Part shown: one piece after another, positions 27,501 through 37,011 of the stretch
How the letters are laid out: every line of letters begins with the position of its first letter
Numbering within the stretch: the first letter of the stretch is position 1
NCBI GenBank assembly: GCA_002633005.1
Contig: NMRA01000856.1
Span: 55,644 to 119,643 of the forward strand
Reading direction: 5' to 3'
DNA length: 64,000 nucleotides
DNA from: Phoronis australis
Taxonomy: Eukaryota > Animalia > Phoronida
Translations under genes and position numbers: made by a program
The notes under the pieces: model-generated
The model's input: the letters and a program-made list of their open reading frames with translations, nothing else
Told to the model about the DNA's origin: nothing
Database searches by the model: none

Positions 27501-30500
27501 CATTCAGTATGCATTGGATATTCTGCACACCAATCTACCACGTACATTTGTTAATGTGGTACCAATGTTAGACGTGAGCTTCCTTGATCAACTCAATCAG
27601 GGTTTGATCTGCTCTGTCGTCCACACGTAAGTCGTGGCCACAGCTCAGTTTTGAAGCGCACTGCGTACTAGCCAAGACTTCTCCCCAGATGAGTCAGCAC
27701 TCATGGCACGTTGTCTGTTTAAGCTAACTTAGACACCAGGTTGAGCACATGCCAGCAGGCCATCTCCAACTGAGTAAGTAAATAACTGTAGCCATGTGGC
27801 CACTCACTTCAACCAACTGGTAGGCATTGTTGGATAATCTGTTGCTGACAAGTCTCTTTGGACATATCTTGGCTAGTATGTACTTAGAATGGATGCTTTT
27901 CTCTGTAACAAGTTTTATGACCCACTGGCTGCCTTGTAGAGCGTCTTTTGTATCTAAGCAAGTCGTGCATCATCGTATACTTTCCAACATGAAGTACAAA
28001 AGAATACTTAACCCAAAATATCCAGTAGATATTTCTCACCACTGTTGCATGATGTGTATGTGGTGGCGTTGACATGTAAGTTCTACTTACATTAAATTTT
28101 ATTTCCTTCTTGCACTTTACATCTTGGCTAGAAGTTAATCTTGAAAACTTGAAGCAGTGAAAAGCATCCACCATATATTACCTGCCTCTCTTCACTTAGC
28201 TGGTTCCCTGCCAGTTGTCACCTTAGTTTTTGCAGGACTTTTGTAGTGTAGTGCAGTGTGAAACCATTTTACAGGCTTTCTACCAGGCTAAATACTATGT
28301 GGATAGAATTCAGTTCGCTTTAGACATTCTCCACCAGGAGCTGCCTCGAACTTTTGTCAATGTTGTACCAATGATTGATGGTACATTCATCGATCAATTG
28401 AACATTGGACTCATCTGTCCCATCCTTCATTTGTAAGTATATGCATCATTTTGACAAAAATTTACGTTATTAAAAGAAAAATTGAATTTTTGCTTGACGT
28501 TGACCAATTCTTTTTACTGTGGTTCTTGTATTTCTTTCATTATTTCATATGATTGAAGGCAGAAAAATGTACAGGCAAGTTGAAAATGTTAAGATTAAGC
28601 AATCCAATTCACTTTTAATATTCATAAACCTTTGATTTTCTTTAAAGAAATATATTAAGTATATCAATCATTTATCATTTCGTTAGTGCCGGAACGGGGT
28701 AACTGTTGAAGATCAATAAATTTGTCAGAGACCAGCCAAAATTATTGATGTTTTCAAAAAACTTACAGACCATACTTTTTACCTTGCCATCTCATTCCCT
28801 CGAAAATAAATTCCTTTTCAACTATTTTTCTCTCTCCACAAAATTCCACCAATTATTCATGTTTATTAAAACTGCATGACGGCGTTTTTCCGTTCGGTGA
28901 CTTTATCAGATGTAGAGGGTTGTGAGCATGTGATAACATCTAGCTTCTTTGTTTACTGCCAAGCACAGTCTTTTGTCTGGTATGACAACAGGCAGGCCAA
29001 TTGTCTACCAGGCTTATTACAGACCTCCTGTGAACACAGTCAAACTCAGAGTGAATTGGTGCATTCGGAAAGAATAGATTGTCGTAACTTGGGTTGTAGT
29101 TGGGCAATTTTCAAAAACTAAACATGATCACCATTTGGCGAGAATTTCAGAAATGCTATTGGTTTATGTTCAAATATAACTTAACTTTTATTTTAGCAGC
29201 ACAGCCCAGTCAGGGTAGATATGATCTTACTGGAGATTAGGACAATTATCGAACAAAAGAGACCAGGTCCTCCAACCATAAATGCCAGAATGGAGTTAAT
29301 CAGTCGTGTAAGATATTGGCTACACTGGGGTGATCTTCCCAAGGGTTTGGCTATAGAATCGAACAGGTTGGGGGCAAGGGGAAATGGTACACCATTTGCT
29401 AATCCATCCTGCAAATTACATAGGGAGATAATTCCTAATGCTTGTATTTCATTTTGTTGAACAACTCTAACTTCAGGTGATCTGTTACATAAAAAGTTAC
29501 ATAACTTATATTGGTATCAATTAACAAAGTGGAGCCTGAATAATAACCAGGTTAAGTGATGACAGTGCTAATAGTGTAACTCACATGGGTTCAGCTATCA
29601 TAACTCTGGCATGTTGCATGCACTCTGGCTTTGCTGCTAAATTCCAAAGTATTAAGTGCTTATTTATCACCTGGGTCAGGTTGCAACAATAACTTCGTAT
29701 TATCAGGTGTCACGTTGTCATCGTTGCATCAGACGTGGTGCAACAATGCAACTTATCCATCTGATAAGTTTTAAAGTTTTATGCAACCACGCCCTCGTAG
29801 ATAAAGGTATGCCTCACTTACACTCTTCTGAGACCATCAAGTGCTCTTGTTTAATATTGTTTGCACTTGTCTTTTTATTTTCAGCTGTTCGGCAAATTGA
29901 ATGTTCCTAACTGGATATTATGCAAAACTTGTTTCCAGAAATGAAACTCTGGTAAAATCTCTCCAATTTAGGACACAATATGGCTGTGAAATTTTATTTC
30001 TTCATTGTTTTGTGAAAGAGAAGTATCTACAACCAAATGTTTTAAGGTTTAAAGTATTGTGCCATACAAACCATTAGATAATGTTTTACAAAACAATGTG
30101 TGTTCACAAGGTTATAAAGCGTTGGAAAATGAATAATGACAAAGTTTGATAATTATTTTTGTCCGAAATTGGTGAGATGTTCCCATTTACAGGCTCTTTG
30201 CAGTTGATTTTTGCAACTGTTTTGTGCTTAATGTTATTATTTGTTTTTAAAGTCATGGATTGTGTTATTGCTTAGGATCTGAAATGTTAAAACAAAAATC
30301 AAATTATACATTTTACTCAGACTCATAAAATCATTTGGAAAGTATTCCTTGGTGCTGGTGATAGGATTCCATTTCTGTTGCCAGCAAGACCATCAAGACT
30401 ACTAGTGTCTCAAGAAAACCTTGCAGAGTTTTGGGTTGGCCTTAAGCCTAAAATTGCAAATTCAAAAGTGGCGTTGCGTCTATTACATGTGACTTTAGTT

Positions 30501-33500
30501 TGTAACGGAAATAGGATCTTTATGACAGAGTAAAATACCTTATTCAATTTTCATTTGTTTGCAAGTTCATATTAACCATACCAGTGTTGTAGCGTGAATT
30601 CTAGAGTTATAGCCACCATGTGTTGGTTCATGTTTTTGTTACACAATTTTGGACTAAGTGAAGTTCCTTGATTGTCGCCTGGTTGAATTTCGGTGAATTA
30701 AACTTTAGAGACTGTCCCAAACGGGAAGGACTGATTTTTACCAAACTCAAGTTTGAAGTTTGGCACTTCAACTTGACCTAATTAAATACTGTGGACGACT
30801 TAAAGTCTTCTGGGTCACCACAATAATCAATTCGTACTCTTGGTGCAAACAACACATGCTTGTCTTTCTTTCTAAAATGACATTTCAAAACTTAATGATA
30901 AGCTCAGCAGTTTTGTATTTGTGACTCTTTTCATTGTGTGTGTTCATTTAGCTTTGTATGTAAGTGCGGTGCTTATCCAAATGACGCTGCAGCCAAGGCC
31001 ACTTTAAAGAAACTTGTGAAGGAATATCAAGACAACCTGACATCTCTCGTGGAAAGTGGGCGCTACGATACGCGAGACGACTTCACCGTCGTTATCCAAC
31101 CATTCTTCAAAGATACCAAATTACCTATGAAAAGTGTTAGTAATTTATGTGTTACTCTTACTATTGGGTTGGTGAGTTATAATAACTCTCTGTTAGTAAA
31201 TACTCTGTTACTATTGGGTTGGTGAGTTATAATAACTCTCCGTTTACTCTGTTACTATTGGGTTGGTGGGGTATAATAACTCTCTGTTAGTAAATACTCT
31301 GTTACTATTGGGTTGGTGATTCATAATAACTCATCAATAGTAAGTACTCTGTTGCTCTTGGTTTGGTGAACTTAGTAAAAAATTATATTCTTCTGTGTCA
31401 TTTTAAGTCTCATGTTGACAACAAAGAAATTTATGAATGATGTTCCCGCCTTTTATTTTTCTGCACATTTTTCTTAATCATTAAAACCTAAATAACTTTA
31501 TATTCTCTCAATCTTGTCCATAAGACATTTTCAATGATGTTTTATTTTTTTGAAACTCTAGTCTGTGCTTTGTTGGGTATGAATGATCTGGAAATAGTAC
31601 CAATTGAAAGTAATTCTAAATTTCACACTAAGGACAACAGCACTGATGTTAAATGTCAAATTTGCTAATATTCTGTCTGGAACATTCTAGTAGCTTCTAC
31701 TCACTGCAGACGCATTCCTTGCCAGCCAGTCAGAATATGGCACATTACAATCAGGAAAAGTGTTCCTGGTTAGAGAACATCATTGCACTGTGCTGCCACC
31801 TGACACATGACAACAAAATAAGTATTGTATATGTAGAGTTGTAGTAAGTATTTCTTTCAAAAATGTAACAGAAGTATGAACCCACTGCTGATTTGTTTTA
31901 CAGGATGGGTCGCCAGACTTGAGTTACTTTGCACCTGACTGTTTCCACTTCAGTCGCAAGGGTCATCGTAATGCTGCTGAAGCGTTATGGAACAACATGG
32001 TTTGTAGAACGTTGTACAATGTCCAATTGTTCTGTTCACTACTATAGTGTTTTGTCTCAGAAATCAAGTGTGAACTATTCAGAAAATGTACAAAACTGAC
32101 GAGGCTTGGAAAGAAGGTCATGTATGAGGCATATCTTTGTTCACTTATGGGAAGTCCTGACTTGCTCTAGGCATTGTCCATTAGCAGATTTTATTATGTG
32201 CCTGCATATTTATGTGTGGACGCATTATGTCGTCATCTCTGTCCGTCTGGCACCCGACATCTGCTGCTCTATCTCCAAAACCCCTTGACATATGTTCATG
32301 AAATTTTACACATGTGTTCCTTCCGTAGATGGGACAGCATGAGCGAACTGTTGGACGGATCCGACTACCGGTGTACGCTCTAGTGGCAATTTTAATTTTT
32401 AACGTTTACCTCTATATCTTCAAAAACCCTCAACGGATTTTCATAAAATTTGGTTCATAGGCACCTATTGTTGAGATGACGCTATCTTGTGATTGTGAAA
32501 ATTGGCATGTACAGTGTATGTTCTTATTATGAAGTGGACGGATGATGATGATTTTCCAACAACTACTGTGGCGCCTCCTAGTGGCAGTTTTTTAATGCCT
32601 ATGGCTGTATCTCCTAAACTGTTCGCAAGATCTTTACTAAATTTAGTAAGTGTATTTATATGATGTTAACAACGGAGGACGACGACTTTCAGACCTATCT
32701 GGTGTGCCACCTAGTGGCAAAGTTATTTTTTTTTACATTTACCTTATCTTCATAGGTCCTCAACGTATTTTCATAAAATTTGGCATACAGGCATTTGTTA
32801 ATGAGTTGACGCCATCTTTCCGTTTTCAGATGGATTTGACCTAGTTTGCGGTGCCTAGTGGCCATTTTTACTGTTTTCAAGTCTGTTTTTTTGGCGTCCA
32901 CTCGTCTATCAACCAAACCGCTTTCAGGATAATTGTGAAAATTGGCTCGCGATGATTTTCTGACGACTTTGACTACATTAGCACCTCCTAGTGGCAGTTT
33001 TGTTTTTTTTGCTCTCTTTGCTGTATCTCCTAAACCGTTTGCAGGATCTTTTTTAATTTAGCAAGTGTATTAATTGTTGACAACAGACGACGACAACTTT
33101 CGGACGGATCTGACTACTGGTGTGCCCCCTAGTGACAATTTTATTTTTTTACATTTACCTCTCTATCTTCTAAGGCTCTCAACATATTTTCATAAAATTT
33201 TGAATAATTATAAGCACCTATTGGTGAGATGACACTATCCTCCTGTTTTTGGATGGAATTGAGGTATTTTGTGCCACCTAGTGGCCATTTTTGGTGTTTT
33301 CAAATCTTGTTTTTGGCGTCCACCCCTCTGTCAACCAAATCATTCTAGGCACTGGTTTGAAAATTGGCGTATATGTTTTCAGTGTGAAGAAGATGTTTGA
33401 TGATGGTGACTGACTACTGTGGTGCCTCCTAGTGGTAGTTTTGTTTTGTTTTGTTTTGCTCCCATAGTTGAATCTCCTAAACCCGCTGCAGGATAATAAA

Positions 33501-36500
33501 TTTAATAAGTGTATTTATCTGAAGATAACAACAGACGACAACTTTCAGATGCTGTGTGCACTGGCAACTTCATTTTATTATGTTTTCTTTTGTTTCTCTG
33601 AAATTCCTTGACAGATTTTTATGAAGTATGGCATATTCCCGTTTTTTGATGGATTGTACGTTTTTGCGCCATCTAGTGGCCATTTTTATGATACAAATAA
33701 ATAACCCTAAAAGCGCACCATTTGCGATGCGTTCGTGGGCACTACACGTTGATCTTGTTTGTTTTGAAGCTGTTAATGCGGTCATTGCTCTGATCAGTTA
33801 TTACGCAGAATGAGCTTGGATCACCCCGATGATATTGAGGATTGATGCAGCTGACAGGTTTTGTACAAAGTACTGCTGAGTAGGCCGTCTTAAAGGTTTT
33901 ATTTAGTCATTGAAACTAGAAGGTGTGCTGAATGCCAAGTTTGCTGATACCTGCTTGTTGTGATCATGGACGAGTGTTGGGCTTGCATCTAGTGCCGCTG
34001 GAGGTATAACGCTTAGTAGTTCCGTTGGTTGTATAACCCTTAGTAGTGCTGCTGGAGGTATAACCCTTCAGTTAGCAGTGCTGCTGGAGGTATAACCCCT
34101 TAGCAGTGCTGCTGATGGTATAACCCTTACCGGTAGTAGTGTTGCTGGTGGTATAACCCCTATTAGTACTGCTGGTGGGAATCGTTAGCAGTGCTTCTGG
34201 TGATATAACCCTTAGTAGTGCTACTGGAGTTATAACCCTTACTGGTAGTAGTGATGCTGGTGGTATAACCCTTAGTAGTGCTGCTGGAGTTATAACCCTG
34301 ACTGGTAGTAGTGATGCTGGTGGTATAATCCTTAGTTTCTTTCAGATTGAGCCTGTTGGCAAGAAGCGCACAAGTTGGGTACCTCATGAGCAAGTCGAAT
34401 GCCCCTCCAAGGTGAGACCAACTGAGCTCTTTGAATTGCACCAGGCTTTGGAAAAGCCGGTATACAACCCCCTGGTCTTACTTGCTTAGCCACTTTGCTT
34501 TGCTTTGCTGTAATAAAGATGAAGTGTACCCCTATATCCATTATCAGGCCCCTTCTGCCCCTGATTCTGGATCCAAATCTTCCTTTGTTTTACCTGCATT
34601 AAAGGGAACACCTAAAGTCTGTTGTATACAAAACACAGTGTCTGAGAGACAAGTTGTTCCAACATTCTCTATATTTTTTGTTTTTAAAAGAAGCACATTG
34701 ATTATAAAGGAGACATGTAGCAATGCCTTTTCATTTTCAAAAGGGTTTGACATATTTTATGCCACTTAGTGGACAGTTTTACTGTTTTGAGTCAGTTTTT
34801 GGCATCAGCTTCTTTATCTGCCAAACTGCTCAAAGGATCATCATTAAACTTAACAGTTGTGTCCCTCATGAGCAGACATGACTGACGTTGATTTTCGAAT
34901 GGGTCTGACAACTGTAGCGCCCCCAGTGGTAATTTTGTATTTTTTGTAACCATGGCTGTTCACCTCCTGATTCCTTTGAAGGATCTTTGTGAACTTTTGC
35001 AGGTGTTTTCCAATAAATACGATGACTGTCCACATCGTTTTGGACAGCTCAGACTACTGCTGTGCCCCCTAGTGGCAATTTGGTTTTTAGGTTTGCCTCT
35101 TTATCTTAGTTTGGAGTTAGCAGATTTTCATGAAATATGGCTTATAGTTTTGTATTAGAAAGATGGCAATGCCTTTCCAATTTCAAAAGCTTTCACCATA
35201 TTCTGTGTCATTTTTATGAAACTAGAAAAAAAACTAAAAGCACACTGTTTGTGCTGCAATGGGCATATTTCATTGGTCTGCCTTGCTTTTGTTTGTAGTT
35301 TTTTGTCACCAAAGTGCTGTCAAATTACCAGTTTTCTGGGGTGAAATGATAAAACGGTTCTTATAAAGATGTCCGTTGATGTGAGCTCTTTTTCCTAGCT
35401 TTGAACCACTTTGCCCAGAACATGTATAGCAATTGTATTTTTATGGACTGTTCTACTACATTGACATGATGTGTTGTGTTGAAACTGATTGACGAACTTA
35501 AAAGACCAGTCCCAATATGTGTTGGTCCACTATCGCATCAGGGTGGAACACATAATCACGTGTCACTTCCCTTTTTCTTTCTCTAATCTGAAATTGCAAT
35601 TTTCCTCGGCCATCTAAAATTTTCTGATGGTCAACTCGGCTATTTTCATTAAGGTCAGGGTTTTCTTGACCCGGATGTACACTTGCATTCACAAATAAAA
35701 CCCAAAATTAAATAGTAATGCTATTGATCTACAATTCTTGGCAAACTTAACAGATCTGAACATCTCAAAATTATGGTAAATGAAAAATTGTGTGCCTGCT
35801 TCTCATATAAACTAGAATAAGAGACGCCTTATAGTTCCTAGTTGTTGACTAAGCTAACACTTCCAGCCAACCAGGAGGCGGGAACATGTAAACATAACGA
35901 CAGTTCATCATCTTTGTCCCGCAAACATTGCTTGCAAACGAAAGTGTAATGATGGTTTTACAATGTGATTGGTGCTTTGCAGTGCAGATTGATGATACAC
36001 GGCTAACAAAGTAGGAAAAGTGTCACTGATAAATGCATGTATCGGACTTCATAATCAGCTGAATATATGTCTGGATAAACAAGCACACAGTGAAGGAAAT
36101 TCATCTTCATGGACGTAATGTACAAATGTAGCAACACATATGATGCACGAACTCTGGCATCCTTGACTTTCTTATTCCTAACAGTAGACCACCAGCTGGG
36201 GGAGATAAATTACTGAAATGCAGTCAGATTGCTTGGAAGTGAATTTCCTGCCATCATTTACAGTGTGAAATATCTTACTGGAGCATATAATCTTGTATAA
36301 TATGAAACAACTACTGCTATCGTTGACTGTTTGAAAATATCAGACATCTATGAATGAAGCTTGGTGTGACAGTTGGCTGGTGCAGTGGACGGTGCACAAA
36401 GGCTTGGTATTGTAGATGTCAGTACCACAACTATACCATTTTGATTTTATAGCTCTAATTTCAGTGAAATATCAAAACTCTATAGATAATCTGTTGCTGT

Positions 36501-37011
36501 GAGTACGCTTACAAAGGACTTCGACCACATTGACTGTGGCAACTTGTGCGACGTTGCCACGGTAACTATGGTGGGTGTGGCCTAACTGCGTCTGTTGGAA
36601 CTATCCTTTGGGTCAAGCAGAAGAAGCTCTTGTGCTGTCACAGTACAAAAGAGTTGTAGATAGAATATTCCCTAATTGTAGTATATTTTCACATACTGTC
36701 ATATGCACACCAAGAGACAAATATGTCATAGCTGCTTTATACTTTTGCAGGCCAATCCTTACTTATTCACGTCCAAGAACAGTGGTACCAGTTCATCATT
36801 ATTCAAGCAGTCTGGGAGCCCTCGCCTCGCATCACATGACACAGCGACCCCTAGTCAGATGGCTTCCTACTCAGCTATGGTCATTGGAACTGTGTGTAGC
36901 GTCGTTGCTGCCCTAGTTCTCATAGTGGTCGTCGTAATCATCCGACGAAGACGGAGTGTGAAGTCAGAGGAAGGTAGCCTATTGGCTGAGAACAACGTAG
37001 TCTACTCATAA
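462..37011 (+). CDS. PLB1: Phospholipase B1-like membrane-anchored GDSL/SGNH lipase, 13 coding exons, ~486 aa (whole gene span)
   Basis: Exons join in frame with GT-AG boundaries and matching phases (1461 nt including stop). Motifs: [20 protein letters not shown] (catalytic Ser), [41 protein letters not shown] (Asp/His), ALWNNM. N-terminal signal peptide and C-terminal TM helix. The symbol means PLB1-like; orthology is not established. Confidence 0.93.
733..1101. other. Assembly gap (N run) preceded by a poly-G run
   Basis: Directly visible. Confidence 0.99.
1423..3399. repeat. Near-identical direct duplication 1423..2310 / 2512..3399
   Basis: Offset 1089 bp with a few SNPs; first copy ends at the N at 2311. 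Confidence 0.9.
4496..4653 (+). CDS. PLB1: PLB1-like exon 2
   Basis: Acceptor ttctttttccacag, open frame (V)[18 protein letters not shown]...SQGVE, donor gag|gtaatt. Confidence 0.75.
6042..7993. repeat. Direct duplication 6042..6843 / 7192..7993 flanking the N gap
   Basis: Offset 1150 bp, apparently identical, with identical ORF translations in the track. Confidence 0.92.
6844..7191. other. Assembly gap (N run)
   Basis: Directly visible. Confidence 0.99.
9540..10128. repeat. Minisatellite, 42-bp unit (gtgcatataatactgatatcatagacacacatgtaggcacat), ~14 copies
   Basis: Direct reading; gives 14-aa periodic ORFs. Confidence 0.95.
11460..12120 (+). mobile_element. Solo LTR (661 bp)
   Basis: TG...CA termini (tgtta.../...tgaca), 5-bp flanks gtccc/atccc (one mismatch), TATAAATA at 11762 and AATAAA near 12023. 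Confidence 0.7.
11610..11714 (+). promoter_or_regulatory. Heat-shock-element cluster in the solo LTR
   Basis: TTCttGAAgaTTC (11610-11622), GAAcaTTC (11662-11669) and TTCcgGAAagTTC (11702-11714), all upstream of the TATA box. Confidence 0.55.
12736..12808 (+). CDS. PLB1: PLB1-like exon 3
   Basis: Acceptor tctcttttttag, [24 protein letters not shown], donor cag|gtatat. The PTS-VH junction with exon 4 is typical of PLB1 repeats. Confidence 0.85.
13262..13725. repeat. Minisatellite, 26-bp unit (gagttgtgactctgcattgttttgat), ~18 copies
   Basis: Direct reading. Confidence 0.95.
14869..17660 (+). mobile_element. DINE/HINE-like (Helentron-associated) non-autonomous element with internal tandem array, copy 1
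   Basis: Starts with the palindrome cacccacataattatgtgggtg, followed by ccgtc/gtcc-rich sequence and ~130-160-bp subunits each with an atgaaattt motif and a gccc/cacc-ctagtggc motif. Family assignment is by structural analogy. Confidence 0.6.
19202..19260 (+). CDS. PLB1: PLB1-like exon 4 (GDS catalytic block I)
   Basis: [20 protein letters not shown]; acceptor ttctag, donor gtaaaa. Confidence 0.95.
21090..21157 (+). CDS. PLB1: PLB1-like exon 5
   Basis: [22 protein letters not shown](S); acceptor tttcccag, donor gtaggt. Confidence 0.93.
21722..21765 (+). CDS. PLB1: PLB1-like exon 6
   Basis: (S)[14 protein letters not shown](N); acceptor cttgcag, donor gtactt. Confidence 0.92.
21837..23071. 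mobile_element. MITE / non-autonomous Tc1-mariner/pogo-type element
   Basis: TIR ccgtattcgccctaataacc / ggttattagggtgaatacgg; TA on the right flank (TG on the left). Confidence 0.7.
24205..24515. repeat. Minisatellite, 53-55-bp unit, ~6 copies
   Basis: agctgtg(t/a)ctagtcattttatagagcctag... recurs at about 24209, 24264, 24317, 24370, 24425 and 24478. Confidence 0.92.
24515..25030 (+). mobile_element. Same DINE/HINE-like family, copy 2 (one trimer)
   Basis: Hairpin start atgcacccacataattatgtggttgcat; motifs at ~24691, 24839 and 24999. Confidence 0.65.
25300..25408 (+). CDS. PLB1: PLB1-like exon 7
   Basis: (N)[35 protein letters not shown](E); acceptor ccttgcag, donor gtgagt. Confidence 0.94.
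26190..26316 (+). CDS. PLB1: PLB1-like exon 8 (GGND block III)
   Basis: [42 protein letters not shown]; acceptor ctcttcaag, donor gtgagt. Confidence 0.95.
27125..27330. repeat. Degenerate ~28-bp tandem repeat (cataaactacc...gtaccataag)
   Basis: Direct reading. Confidence 0.65.
28275..28432 (+). CDS. PLB1: PLB1-like exon 9
   Basis: [31 protein letters not shown]...ICPILH; acceptor ttttacag, donor gtaagt. Confidence 0.93.
29140..29370 (-). repeat. Dispersed repeat, inverted relative to ~3390..3625
   Basis: ttaactccattctggcatttatggttggagg at ~3459 is the reverse complement of sequence at ~29268-29300; both ORF translations share [19 protein letters not shown]. Confidence 0.8.
30952..31135 (+). 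CDS. PLB1: PLB1-like exon 10
   Basis: FVCKCGAYP...[27 protein letters not shown]; acceptor catttag, donor gttagt. Confidence 0.92.
31150..31370. repeat. Minisatellite, 43-50-bp unit, abutting the exon 10 donor
   Basis: tactattgggttggtg recurs at about 31160, 31210, 31253 and 31303. Confidence 0.85.
31904..31999 (+). CDS. PLB1: PLB1-like exon 11 (DxxH catalytic block V)
   Basis: [32 protein letters not shown]; acceptor ttttacag, donor gtttgt. Confidence 0.95.
32191..33770 (+). mobile_element. Same DINE/HINE-like family, copy 3
   Basis: Degenerate hairpin start, gtccgtc tract and ~9 motif-bearing subunits. Confidence 0.65.
33990..34335. repeat. Minisatellite, 27/33-bp units (gtagtgctgctggaggtataaccctta), abutting the exon 12 acceptor
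   Basis: Direct reading. Confidence 0.9.
34346..34411 (+). CDS. PLB1: PLB1-like exon 12
   Basis: [22 protein letters not shown]; acceptor tttctttcag, donor gtgaga. Confidence 0.93.
34720..35290 (+). mobile_element. Same family, older partial copy 4
   Basis: Motifs at ~34760, 34916 and 35062; the 3' end resembles that of copy 3. Confidence 0.55.
36751..37011 (+). CDS. PLB1: PLB1-like exon 13 (stalk, TM helix, cytoplasmic tail, stop)
   Basis: Acceptor cttttgcag; [11 protein letters not shown]..., [25 protein letters not shown], stop-transfer RRRR, TAA at 37009-37011. Confidence 0.92.
   Translation, partial: ANPYLFTSKNSGTSSSLFKQSGSPRLASHDTATPSQMASYSAMVIGTVCSVVAALVLIVVVVIIRRRRSVKSEEGSLLAENNVVYS

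Noticed and set aside
27560-28070. Possible - strand non-LTR retroelement C-terminal remnant (HVLN..)
   Set aside because: Too degraded to support without a search.
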